From Hyphochytrium catenoides (Eukaryota; Protista; Hyphochytriomycota), in NCBI GenBank assembly GCA_900088475.1, contig FLMG01003956.1, positions 1-36,169 of the forward strand: DNA of 36,169 nucleotides, written 5' to 3'. The notes beneath the pieces are model-generated. The model did not search any database. It worked only from the letters and a program-made list of their open reading frames with translations, and was not told the origin of the DNA. Each line of letters opens with the position of its first letter. Positions within the stretch are counted from its first letter, which is position 1. Shown here piece after piece: positions 1 through 10,460 of the stretch. The translations under genes were made by a program, and so were the position numbers.

Positions 1-53
1 AGAGTGGGTCTGTGGCTCGGCACGCCTTCGTACCGACAAATTCAGGAGCACGG

Positions 54-597
54 TTATGGAGATGAGAGCTCTTCATATAACGCGTCCTTGCTAGGACACT
101 GACAGACTTCCTTATGCACATCCAAGTCCATGACGTCTTTATTGATTAGCATATGCTTTGACTTGGCGGCCGCCGCGCCTCGAAAGAGGCGGTTAGGCGA
201 TACACTGAAGGTTGCAGAACTCTTGGATGAGGGCTTCTTTCGCTCTCTTTCCTAAAAAACAACGCCATGGCCCTGTAGTGGATTCGCAAGGGCCATGAGG
301 CTGCCTCTCCACCCTCTCTCCGCGCCTTCCTTATCTTCTAGATCTCTCCATCTGCGTCCTCTGACTAATAAATATGAAGGTGTGGCCTGGATCTCGTTAG
401 ACCAACTGCAAGAGCTTCGGATCGTCCTCATGGACCGCATAGACTCCGTCCGTTGAGTAATCATCCAACCTATCAAACTCAATAGTAGACGCATCTGCGG
501 AGAAAAGCACACAGGGCGTCAGATCAAGTGGTTCAGAGGGAGAGAGAGACGAAACAGAGAAGAGGAAGAGAGAGAGAGAGACAGAGAGAGAGCGAAG

Positions 598-628
<31 letters not shown>

Positions 629-3600
629 TATATGTTACGGTCTCATTCAAGGTACCTGTCGGCGTCATTGAGGAGAGCTGCCCTCCATCTGGTCCCAAAC
701 ACTGCTTGAAGGACTTGGCAGCCACCATTACCTTTCCTTGCACCTTCCCTTTCAGCTGACTGCCCTTCGTCAGTTTTGAAGAGAAATTTTGCGCCTTGCC
801 AGGCTCCCGAGACGCCTTTCTGAGGGCAATGACACCTTCACCAAGGCTCTTGTTCTCAGCGTCTAGGAACTAGAGCAATAGTAAGGCAGTGAGGCAGAGA
901 AAACAATAAGCCAGCTAACGGGAGGCGTTCTGACCTGAAGAAGGACATGCACGCCATGATGTATCTGCGTCTGTCCCTTAAAAGTGAGGCTCCCTGACGA
1001 GTCACCGAGGTGAGAGTGGAGGGTTAAAAAAAAGAAGAAAGCAGCTCAAGGTACGTCACAAAACAAGAGAGAGAGACAGAGACTCAGAGTGTGAGAGAGA
1101 GACAGAGCGAGAGAGAAGCGAAAAGGCAAAGAAATAAGAGCATAGAATAGTCCGAAGAGGAAAAGATACATGTCGCGCTCACCTGTACTTTGCACCTGAC
1201 TCCAGCTTGTCTGTGTGATATTAGGAAACAGCACAGAGTCCTGTCTAGCGCTCGGGATGGAGAGAATACCTGCCACTTCGTGGATCTTACGTTGTCCCAT
1301 GTAGGGATCTTCAGGAGGAAGGGGAAACAGCGTGACGACGGACGAGATCTTGGAGAGATCCTGGTCTACCAAGGTCGCCATTATGTTGCTCAGCTCCACC
1401 TACCGGACGGAGTCGAGAGGCAGAGATCATCAGTACCGGGCTGACATTGTATTTACTCTAGCCTTTTTTTTCTCCATGCTCCACATTCTAGGTTTACAAC
1501 TATAAAGTTCTTGTTATCTCTCTCTTTTTACTCCCTCTTTTTCTCTGTCTCCTTCTCTCTCCCTATGTATGTCCCTCAATGTGTGTGTGTCTCTCTCTCC
1601 TTCTTGTGCAGCACAGCCTGAAGTATGTGGCATGATCTCCTCACAATATTTGTTACGCTGCTAGTTGCCTCCAACAATGGTTCTATGTCTCAGTCTCCTC
1701 TGTCAAGTTTCAACCCCAACAGTGATAATCGCTTTCTCTTCTGCCCTTCGCTGCGGCGCACTGAGACTTTGCATCTCTTGGCATCTCTCATTCCTTTGAC
1801 TCACCTCAAAAATGAGTAGCGAGTTCGCGGTTGGGTCACCTCTCGGAGGCAGCGTTCGGAAAAGCGTATCCACTTGAACCTTGACCTCAGAGCAAACCGG
1901 CCGATGATCGCTCATGACCAGACTCTCACAAATAGTGTATGACTTGGCGGAGAGACGACCCTGGGAAGAGANNNNNNNNNNNNNNNNNNNNNNNNNNNNN
2001 NNNNNNNNNNNNNCTTTACCTTATAGTCAGGCAAGGAGTGGAAGAGTATCCTATCTGTGTACGAAGGAGTACGTGCGCCCTGATGTAGGTTAAGGTTAGT
2101 ACGGAGGACTCATGAGTCTACTGAGCCACATTGAAGGCCTTGAAAGACTATCAGAGTCTGTTCTTGGAGGAGGCAAGTAGCTATCTATCCATGGTTCTCT
2201 CTTTCTCTTGTACTCTCTCGCTCTCTCTCCTCCTGTCTTCAGATCTACCTTGTCATTGCTGCCTCTGATGGAGTAGAGCTCAGCTATCCGTTCTGAAGTG
2301 AAGAGCTCATCTGTTGCCGCAGCTCCCTTCTGCCGCCGGTAAGAAGGAGGGAAAGCGATGGGCGGCTCGAAAAAGTTGCAGAAGATCTGCAGAAGGAGAC
2401 AGACCATAAGACTTGGAAGGGCCATCATAGAGGGAGGGGAGGAGAAGAGCACTGATAAGAGAGAGCCCACAGAGTCAATTAGTGGAAGAAATGGCGTAGC
2501 AATGAGAAGACTGGTTGAGGTGCGCACCTTAGATCGTTGCATAACCTGATACAGCTCATCGAGCTCACGTAACTCCTTCCAGCACGTATCAGCGGCACTG
2601 AAGGAAAGGAATGGCGGCGATGTGTAAGACAAGTCATGAAGGCATAAAATCTAACTCAAAAAAGATTGTGTCTTCTTACCTTTGGAGCTTTAACGCCCGG
2701 GCTGAACCCGTCTGAGATTCTCCCGCCTTGAGCTTGCTGACTAGCGGAGCTCGAGCTCTTTGAGCCTCTTCTTTAGCTTTTATCGCCTCTCTCTCTTGCC
2801 GCAGTTTCGACTCTAGTCGCATCACAACCTGGAGAAAGAGTCAGGCTTAGGACAGCGATCATGCAGATACCGCGGTCTTTTGCCACGAGTGCTTCTCCCT
2901 TTTCTTTTTTCTCTCTCTTTCTGTACTCTCGCCTCTCACTCTCTTTTCTCTCCCTGGGCTGAGCTTTTCCTTCCTGTCTGCTCAGCATCTGCAGTGCCGG
3001 TTCTCGTACCGAGACTTTATCCAGGACATTCTCCGGCGTCTCTAACAAGCGGTAGTTAAGATCACCCAGAAAGATTGTATGCTGGTGCACCAAAGGAAAG
3101 TCAAAGCCGTAGTCCTGCTCCTCCAACACCATGTCCTTGATAATCTGCCGTAGAATAAGAGAGTCACGTTCTGTCAGCACTCGTCACATCTATTGCGTGC
3201 TCTGCGCTCGTTTCTTCATATTGTCTCTCACTGATCCTTCTCTCTAACCATGCCAGTACTGGACTCTCTCTCCTCCGTACTCATCCTGCATCATACAGCG
3301 ATGGACTTACGCTGTAGACGTCCTCATTGCGCTGCTCAGCCATATTCTTGCCCTTGTAACCCAAAACGGTTAGGACAGGATCAGACTTCAGTGTAGCGAA
3401 GGGGCCTCCACCCCCAAGGAAAACGAGTAAATAACGAGGGAGAAACGTGGCAATATGGAAGAGTGAAAGAGAAAGAGACAGACAAACAGAGAGAGATGGA
3501 GAGAGAGAGAGAGAAACAGAGTAAGTGTAGGAGTTTCACCTTTTGGTCGGAAGACAGATGAGCAGTAAGGAACGCGAAGGTGGAGTCGTAAAAGCGGAAT

Positions 3601-6600
3601 GCCATGCCCACTGCACCCTTGTTGGGAGCTCTTCTGAGAAGGAGGTTTATTCCGCGGTTAACGCGCGCCTCTTTCAGATCAAACTGCCCCGCAGAGAAGA
3701 CTCCAGTGTCAACATACTGCTTCTTTGCGTAGACCGTTAGCCCGATATAGCCCTGAGGATATAGATCGGACATTAAATCACTATGCAGAGATTGCTAATG
3801 CTTAAAGAGAGTCAGAGAGAGAGGAGAGTACCCCGCACAAAGGTAAAGAGGATGACAAGGTGGCAGCTTATGAATAGGTTGCCTGGTCTTTCAGACTCAC
3901 ATGAAACCCGAGCTGCGTCGCGTTGCTGCCGATTTGGTCGCTGAACTCTACGTAGCACTCCGGGCCTCCAAGATGCTGGTGCATGACAGCCCTAACATTT
4001 GCGTCATGGTGAGGAGGCGACAATGAGGCCCTGTACAATCGATTGGCCGTCCATTGCTCTCTCTTATTCATGCTTCTCCGGTTCCTATTCTGTTTCCTAT
4101 CTACAAGGATGGCGTACCTGAGCTCGTTGAAACACAAGCATTCTTGTACGCCAATGATATAGACATCGTGATCCAATGGCAGCCATTCGTCTACATTTGG
4201 CGGGACACCTGTCAGGAGAGGCCGAGGAAGCACCATGGTGAGACAATATATCGAAAGGATTACTTGGCATTTGTGGCAAAGTGCGAAGACAAGATAGGTC
4301 AGAGACCGCACGGTGGAGGTGGGAGACGAACGGAGAAGCCCAGGATAATTCCCCAACATCCAGCACCTGTCTCTCCCATGTTAAAGGACGTGACATAGAA
4401 ACTCTTCTCCTCTAGCTTTTTGTTCTCTTCCTCGAAGAACTCAGGCTGCACGTCGAACATCTGCAGAGTACGTGTGAGATCAACAAATTGGAGGAAACGT
4501 AGCATCAACATCGTCATCTTTACAAAATGCAAACAGCATCAAATCAAAGAGAACCCGCGAAATTAGCGAGAGCAATAGGAATGGAGCCCTAACCTCGCTT
4601 CGCGTGTGCTTTAATGTTGGGGTCTTGAGCCATCTGGACCGCCACCAGTACTGAATAATTTTATCCGCATTGGAGTAGACGATAGCATTCAAAAAGCCTG
4701 CGAATTGATCACAATGTGGGCACGAGGGGACAGTTATTAGTTATTTGGAGAATGGCAGGCAGGACGACTGAGTGTATTTAGCGATGAGCTATTCCATTGG
4801 GGCAAGGAGAGACACAGACAGACGACAGACAGAGACAAGAGAGAGAGAGAAAGGGAGAGAGAGAGACAGAGAGAGACAGAGAGAGAGAGAGAGGAAGAGA
4901 AGACTCTTCTTTGATATGGATGAGTTGCCTTTGAAATAGTATAGATCGTCACGCATTGGAAAGAGAAGAGTCAAGAAACGCTACCCTGCAAGGGCTGGGA
5001 TACAGCGTGTACGACAGAGGCTGGGAAGTACGGCCGTCCTCTTATGCTCCAGATTATTCGATCCAGAAGCGCAAAAACCCAGATGCCTAAGAATGCAAGA
5101 AGATACTGCTGCAACTTCCGCACTACCGCGCGCTCAGAGGCGAACAAAGTCAATGCTATGGCAAGACAGGGAGACGGTGAGTGAAAGAGGTAGCAGAGGC
5201 GTGAAGCGGCAAGGGAACAAGTCATTGAAGGTTAGGCTGGAGTCAGGACAAAAGGGACAGGTCCTCTCCTTACCAGATGCCTCAGTCCTCTCACACCGGT
5301 GCCGAATCTCCTTCTTGACCCTCTCGGAGACCACGAGTACAAAGAAGAAAGCGATAAAGACAACGGAGTAGAAGTGATGGAGCTGCCAGGAAGGCTCAGA
5401 TATCCAGCACCAGAGTACAGAGTCTCCGTAAACAGCGGCTGAGCAGGAGGCGAGACGTTAGGGTCGTGGTGACGGGAATTTTAAGTGACCAAGATGCAGA
5501 AGGCAAAGTGCTCTCATTATTCTGGACGTGAGTGAGGACAAAGGCTGAGAAACGACAGCGGAGTTTAAAGGACCAAAGAGAGGGAGAAAAGAAGAAGCAA
5601 ACAAAAGGGAGAACAGCACAGATGAGGGACATGAGAGGAAACAGATTGATCTCTTCTGATAAAAGAAAGCGAGGAACCAAACTCAGCGATAGGCTAGGGA
5701 ATTGCAGCAGTGCACCAGAAAGAAGCTCTGCGGAAGGTCCTACCGATCGCAGGTGTGATAGTCATGATGGTACATATAGAGAAGGTGATGCCAGCATAAT
5801 AAGGCAGATAACGGCGGGTGCTCTCCTCTGTCTCCCTCCAACAGACCCAGAGATACATGTTGGTTGCGATGCAGGCTGTCCAGACTAACGAGCCGAGCGC
5901 TAGCCACTGTGTGGCTGCCGCTTGTAAGGTGCACACCCATGAGAGAGGCGTGTCAATTGATTCCGGGCCCGCCCTGCCCACGAGGTAGACAATGCTCAGA
6001 GCCAAGTCCTGATAAGAGCAAGAACAGAAGGCAGCCAACCGATAAACATCCGGCGAAGGCGAGAAGAGGTGAGGGCAAGCGTGTGCAAGTGTTAGGACGT
6101 GACAGCAACAGACAAGGACCGGGACGAATGAGTGAGTGAGGTCAAAGAGCTAATACAGCGGTGAAGCTTTTATGAAGGTCCGTTCAGAGGTAGGATTTAA
6201 GCCACAAGGAAAGAAGGAGACATAGCAGAGTAGGTGTCGAGGGGAGAGAGGAAGGGAGACAGAGAGAGAGAGATGAGGAGAGAGAAAGAAACAGAGAAAA
6301 GAGACAGAGAAGTGAATGAGAGAGAAACAGAAAGACGAGCGGGAAAGAAAAAGTGAGAAGTTGTTGAAAGGAATCAGTAAGCGAGAGTGAGAAGAGAGTA
6401 GTGATGACGAAACAAGAGAGAGACAGGACAACTCCTTCTTACAATGCTACATAGAACATAGACCAATAGATTGCTGAAGATGATACGTCGCTTCTGATAG
6501 CAGTTCCGGGCAAAGGAGTAGAGCACAACGGAGGCACCTGCATGAGGCCCCATAGGTCAGCGCATTAGACCCTGCAGGGGAAGGAAGAGCTCTGAAGGTG

Positions 6601-6699
6601 TTGGACGGCCTTACCCAGCATAGACAGCACGGACGAGACCGTGATGCCTACCACCAGCGCATAATTCTGACTCTCAGAGAGATCCTCGATGGCCATCAT
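54..6699 (-). CDS. GPCR-inositol polyphosphate 5-phosphatase fusion (cAR/GCR1/Git3-like 7TM + INPP5 catalytic domain + C2-like domain), multi-exon
   Basis: Spliced by hand with GT-AG junctions, in frame from ATG 6699. The 7TM part reads MMAIEDLSESQNYALVVGITVSSVLSMLG-ASVVLYSF...CSI-DLALSIVYLVG...CTLQAAATQW...WTACIATNMYLWV...YGDSVLWCWI...RKLQQYLLAFLGIWVF...PLQGFLNAIVY. It is followed by the 5-phosphatase motifs TSFNMGE, IGVQE, NKGAV, TAHL, GDLNYR, FPPSY, PSYTDRIL and SDHRPV, and then a C2-like segment. The 3' end is uncertain: stop at 397-399 if unspliced, or at 54-56 if the in-phase 66-codon exon 251-54 (preceded by TTTTTAG) is used. Confidence 0.9.
1972..2013. other. Assembly gap (N run) inside an intron
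   Basis: The Ns lie between the exon ending ...LPDYK and the exon starting GRLSAK; both splice sites are intact. Confidence 0.95.
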
Positions 6700-7059
6700 T
6701 CACGCCCAAGAGTCCCCAAGGTCCTGATGAAGCCTAATCCAGGGCCTCTAGCCTACTGCACAGCAGAGCATAGCACAATCTCTTTGCGCGTGGATGATGA
6801 ATCATAGCGCCAACGCTGTCAAAGCTAGAGAGACCACCTCATCAATAGGAGCTATTAAGGCAGCGAAGCGGCATAGGGACAGAGACGGACAAGCATATGC
6901 TATGCACTGTGTGTCTTTATCAACTTCTGGCCGTTCTCTTTCAGTCTCTTTTCTAAATCGAGATGCGACGGATTGTGGCCCTGCTCTTATCTCCGCTCTA
7001 AGTCCTTCGGAGCTCCGCCATGACGTTTGGCCCTGGCGCCAGGCCTGAGAGCCCTGTCT

Positions 7060-7353
7060 TTCCTCCTCTTTCTCCGTCTCTCTCTCTCCCTCTCTCTCTC
7101 TCTCTTTCTCCGTCTTCTCTCTCTTTGCCTTTCTTCTGCCCTCGGTGGGCCTGCTGCTGCCTCCGCCTATCTGACGGGGCCAAGAAAGAGAGCTGAAGTT
7201 TAGATAAGCGTTCATCGGAGAGACAAATAGGAGTTTGCAGAGGGCGGAGGAAGTTGACGGGAACAGTAGACATAGCAGAAGAGAGAGCGAGACAGAGAAA
7301 GAGAGAGAGACAGAGAGTGACACAGAGAGGGAGAGAGAGAGACAGAGAGAGAA

Positions 7354-7418
<65 letters not shown>

Positions 7419-7425
7419 GAGAAAG
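7060..7425. repeat. (CT)n tract followed by a long (GA)n microsatellite
   Basis: Directly visible: CT-rich 7060-7140, GA-rich 7275-7425. Confidence 0.9.
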
Positions 7426-8327
7426 TGTGATGAGTGGGAGGTCTACTTGATAGAAGCTGGAGAGGGAAGGAGGAAGGGTTATTCTTAGCCATGACACCTG
7501 GATCAGCCATTGAAACCCAGATATGGCGTGGGTATTATAATAAATGACAGAAGAGGCAATTAGTAGTTAACTAGGTTCAGAAAAATGAGGTAGTGTCGGT
7601 TACGGAGAGACGGTGTGGACAGGTGGAGGACAGCCTTTCAGTGAGAGAGGAGCCCAACAAGCTCAAGAACCTCTTCTATCACTGTTGCCACCAGCTCTTG
7701 GACATAGACACAAAGAGCGAAGGTGCAAGAGATAGAAGAAGATGCCAGGAACTATCTCGGGGAGCTGAAGAGCGCAGTGAGTCAAGTCTTGTTGCAGTAT
7801 TGTGGGAGAAGGGAAGGAGTTTCCAAAAGGTGAAGGAATAAGGTCTCTGGCCGCGTAAGCTCTCGGGGAATGGTTGACAGTTTGTGAATGAGGCAGAAGG
7901 TTCTTGCAAGAGCTACCCTTTTTAACGGTTCTCTGTACTGCAGCCTTTTCCTTCTAGCAAGTAGCTTAGCTTCGACCACGGGTTTCCACGTCCATTTCAG
8001 GACGATAGGCCCAACCACTTATACTCTCGAGAGTCTCTTCTCTTATGGCCTTTGTTCTTTCCACAAGGTGTTTCTCTCTATGATCTATCCGGTACGCTAC
8101 TTTGTGGTAGCTATCGGCATGAGGCTGAGGTAGAGGGCGCTGCAAACACTTGCAAATATTATCGAGGGTGGAAAGAAAGTCTGATTTACCAGAGGAGCGT
8201 TGAAAAAGATAAACCTTTCAGGGTATAACAGTACTTGCAGGCATGTCCGTCCTTAGGTTTAGGTCCAGGAGCCAGTTATAATGGACGCAGGCTCTTGGCA
8301 CATATACATATATATATACTTGCTCCG

Positions 8328-8899
8328 TCAGATGTGACGCCACCATTCGGGATACCACTCTGCGTAGTTATTATCTGTGCTGCGAGCACTACTAGAAGGC
8401 TGGAGAGTCTGTGAATCCAGCGGTCCTTCCGGAATGGGTTTCTTTTTCCATCGCCGCTGCCTGGAATGACCCTTAGAACATCTCTAGTCGGGTGGGGTGG
8501 GTTCTGGCGAGGATAGCTGCTTACCTGCTTCAGATTGTAATCATACAAAGCTGATTGAAATGGGGTATAGACAGAGCCCTGAGATCACCAGCAGAGAGTC
8601 GTAGAAAAGGGACTTTAGTCCATGTTTAAATCAACCCGTAAGTTATGAACCCTTACCATCTTCCTCTCTGCCTCTCGGAGCTTTTCACTAAGAACAATGG
8701 ACTGAGAGGTCATCGTTGTCAAGGTGGCATTCAGCTATGACATCAAGGATTGTGAGACATAGCCAATAAAAACTAGAGTGTGAGCCGCACACACATCGCA
8801 ATCAGTAAGTCATGTTGAAAGGAAGAGGGTGCTTACCTCCTGCACCTGCTGCAGGAACTGTCCTAAGGCCTCGAGATTCCTAAGCTCATAGTCGTCCAT
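8328..8899 (-). CDS. DAD3: DASH/Dam1 kinetochore complex subunit Dad3-like protein (~88 aa, 4 exons)
   Basis: Exons 8899-8837, 8734-8657, 8578-8525 and 8399-8328 are all phase 0 with GTAAG donors. Product: MDDYELRNLEALGQFLQQVQE-LNATLTTMTSQSIVLSEKLREAERKM-GSVYTPFQSALYDYNLKQ-PSSSARSTDNNYAEWYPEWWRHI. LREAERKMGSVYTPFQSALY fits the Dad3 pattern LRxLERKxGLVxTLxKASVY as I recall it, and the size fits. The last exon is less certain. Confidence 0.75.
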
Positions 8900-9415
8900 G
8901 GTTGCGCGTCTCCTCTTTTTCTACTATGTGTTCTTGACCTTGTCTAAGCGGTCTACCCAACCACAACCAGCTGTTTGAGCGTAGATGCAAGACTCCAGCT
9001 CAGTTATCGTTCACCGGGACAGGCGACTCTCATCCGACACCCGCTATTTCTGTTTGAAAGGAGCTGTTAATCAGCCAATAGGCTTTGGAAGCACCGCGGA
9101 GCTTGGGGTCAACTGTATTGTTACACAGAAAGGCCTCTCCAAAGATGTCGACGCTGAATGCGTGATGACAGCAGGGTCTCACCACTACGTGTCCTATCCT
9201 CCCAGAGATGAGTCTTCGAGTTTCTTCGTTTAAAAAACAGCGCGGCAGTAGAACATGGTCCCGTTATTCCTTGCGGTTCCTACAGAGATCAGTGACAGAG
9301 CAGCAGCTGTTTTATTTGAAGAAAAGTTCATCACAGATCCAAACTACCAAGGAAGGCGGGAAGGCCGTCTCCATCTGTTATATCTATAATTATTCTTCGG
9401 CAGAAAGAAAACAGT

Positions 9416-9497
9416 GTCATCATGGGAGAGTGGTCTAATCCGCCAGTTTCAGGTACTGGTCTCTTCGGGGGCGTGGGTTCGAATCCCACTGATGACA
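9416..9497 (+). tRNA. tRNA-Leu (anticodon CAG), copy 1
   Basis: Acceptor stem GTCATCA/TGATGAC with discriminator A; D loop AGTGGTCTAA; anticodon arm CCAGT-TTCAGGT-ACTGG; long variable arm; T arm GTGGG-TTCGAAT-CCCAC; TTTTT Pol III terminator just downstream. Confidence 0.97.
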
Positions 9498-9796
9498 AAA
9501 TCTTTTTGCCCTCTTGACTCTTGTCTGCTTGAACTTTAGATTTCCTAAAAGTAGCTACCCCATTATTACCCAGTCTGGCTAATACTCGTACCAAGGGAAA
9601 CACCCTTATTTCGTCGCAATAAAGTTGCAACAAAGCACCAGTTAACAGTTCCAAGGCCTACCAAATGTGGTGATTTGAAGCCCTCTACCACTGCTGCTCT
9701 AATCTGGTTGGACTGTCACAGCAGAGACGTCCAGAAATTGCCCATTGCTATTCAGCGTATAATTGCTTGCTTGATTCTTCTCTTTGTATGACTGGT

Positions 9797-9878
9797 GTCA
9801 TCATGGGAGAGTGGTCTAATCCGCCAGTTTCAGGTACTGGTCTCTTCGGGGGCGTGGGTTCGAATCCCACTGATGACA
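9797..9878 (+). tRNA. tRNA-Leu (anticodon CAG), copy 2, identical to copy 1
   Basis: The same 82-nt sequence, followed by AAACCTTTTT. Confidence 0.97.
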
Positions 9879-10019
9879 AAACCTTTTTGCTTTCCCCAAT
9901 ATCGACTCAATCTATTCGTTAACGGCTAGGGATTCTGATTTCTCTTGGTGGTGGCTGCTTGCCTGCCAACGCGAAGAAGAGCAGCAAAAACGGCCAGCAC
10001 CTGATCTGCTGTTAGCGTC

Positions 10020-10056
10020 ATTCTTCTCTCTCTTTTTCTCTCTCTGTCTCTCTCTG

Positions 10057-10115
<59 letters not shown>

Positions 10116-10210
10116 CCTCTCTCTTTCTTTCCCTTTCTCTCTCTCTCTCTATCTATCTCGCTCTCGCCCTCTCGCTCGCTCTCTGTCTCTCTGTCTCTCT
10201 CTCCCCGTCT
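10020..10210. repeat. (CT)n microsatellite upstream of the WD40 gene
   Basis: Directly visible. Confidence 0.9.
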
Positions 10211-10460
10211 CGCGCTTGCTATCTCCTTTAATTTTGGGGTGAATCAGACCAAGCAGCCCCGGGCTATCTGTGCCCTTCGCCTGCCCTAAGAAGAGTTAGT
10301 AGGAGAGACAGAGGAGACAGGAGAAAGAGATCTGAGAGGCAAAGCGGCGTCTGCAGCAACTTGGAGCTGACATAGAAGTTAGGGTCCATACTTTCTGAGA
10401 CACTTAAGAGACTGTACGGGCAGACAGAGAGGGCGAGCATCTTTCTAACCTGAAGACCTG

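Noticed and set aside
1-102. Plus-strand open frame at the window start (RVGLWLGTPSY...GH*)
   Set aside because: It is too short to assess and overlaps the candidate last exon of the minus-strand gene.
5407-5720. Apparent non-canonical intron bounded by an 8-bp direct repeat (TCTGGTGC on the minus strand, joining ASFWC to WISEP)
   Set aside because: A canonical GT-AG intron (5743-5439) gives TPAIAAVYGDSVLWCWI, a better match to the receptor family's YG...WCWI motif.
6802-7510. Long ORFs rich in LSLSLS/RERERE (also 11450-12175, 13952-14635, 14981-15601)
   Set aside because: These are translations of CT/GA microsatellites and intron sequence, which are stop-poor by composition.
7500-8300. Short overlapping ORFs between the receptor gene and DAD3
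   Set aside because: No recognisable motifs and no consistent splice chain found; probably UTR or intergenic.
9416-9878. tRNA-CAG as a sign of CUG codon reassignment (Ser/Ala)
   Set aside because: It has ordinary Leu identity features (A73, U33, G37, Leu-type D loop and variable arm), and CTG occupies conserved Leu positions, e.g. GKLAL and WNLVKG in PAK1IP1.
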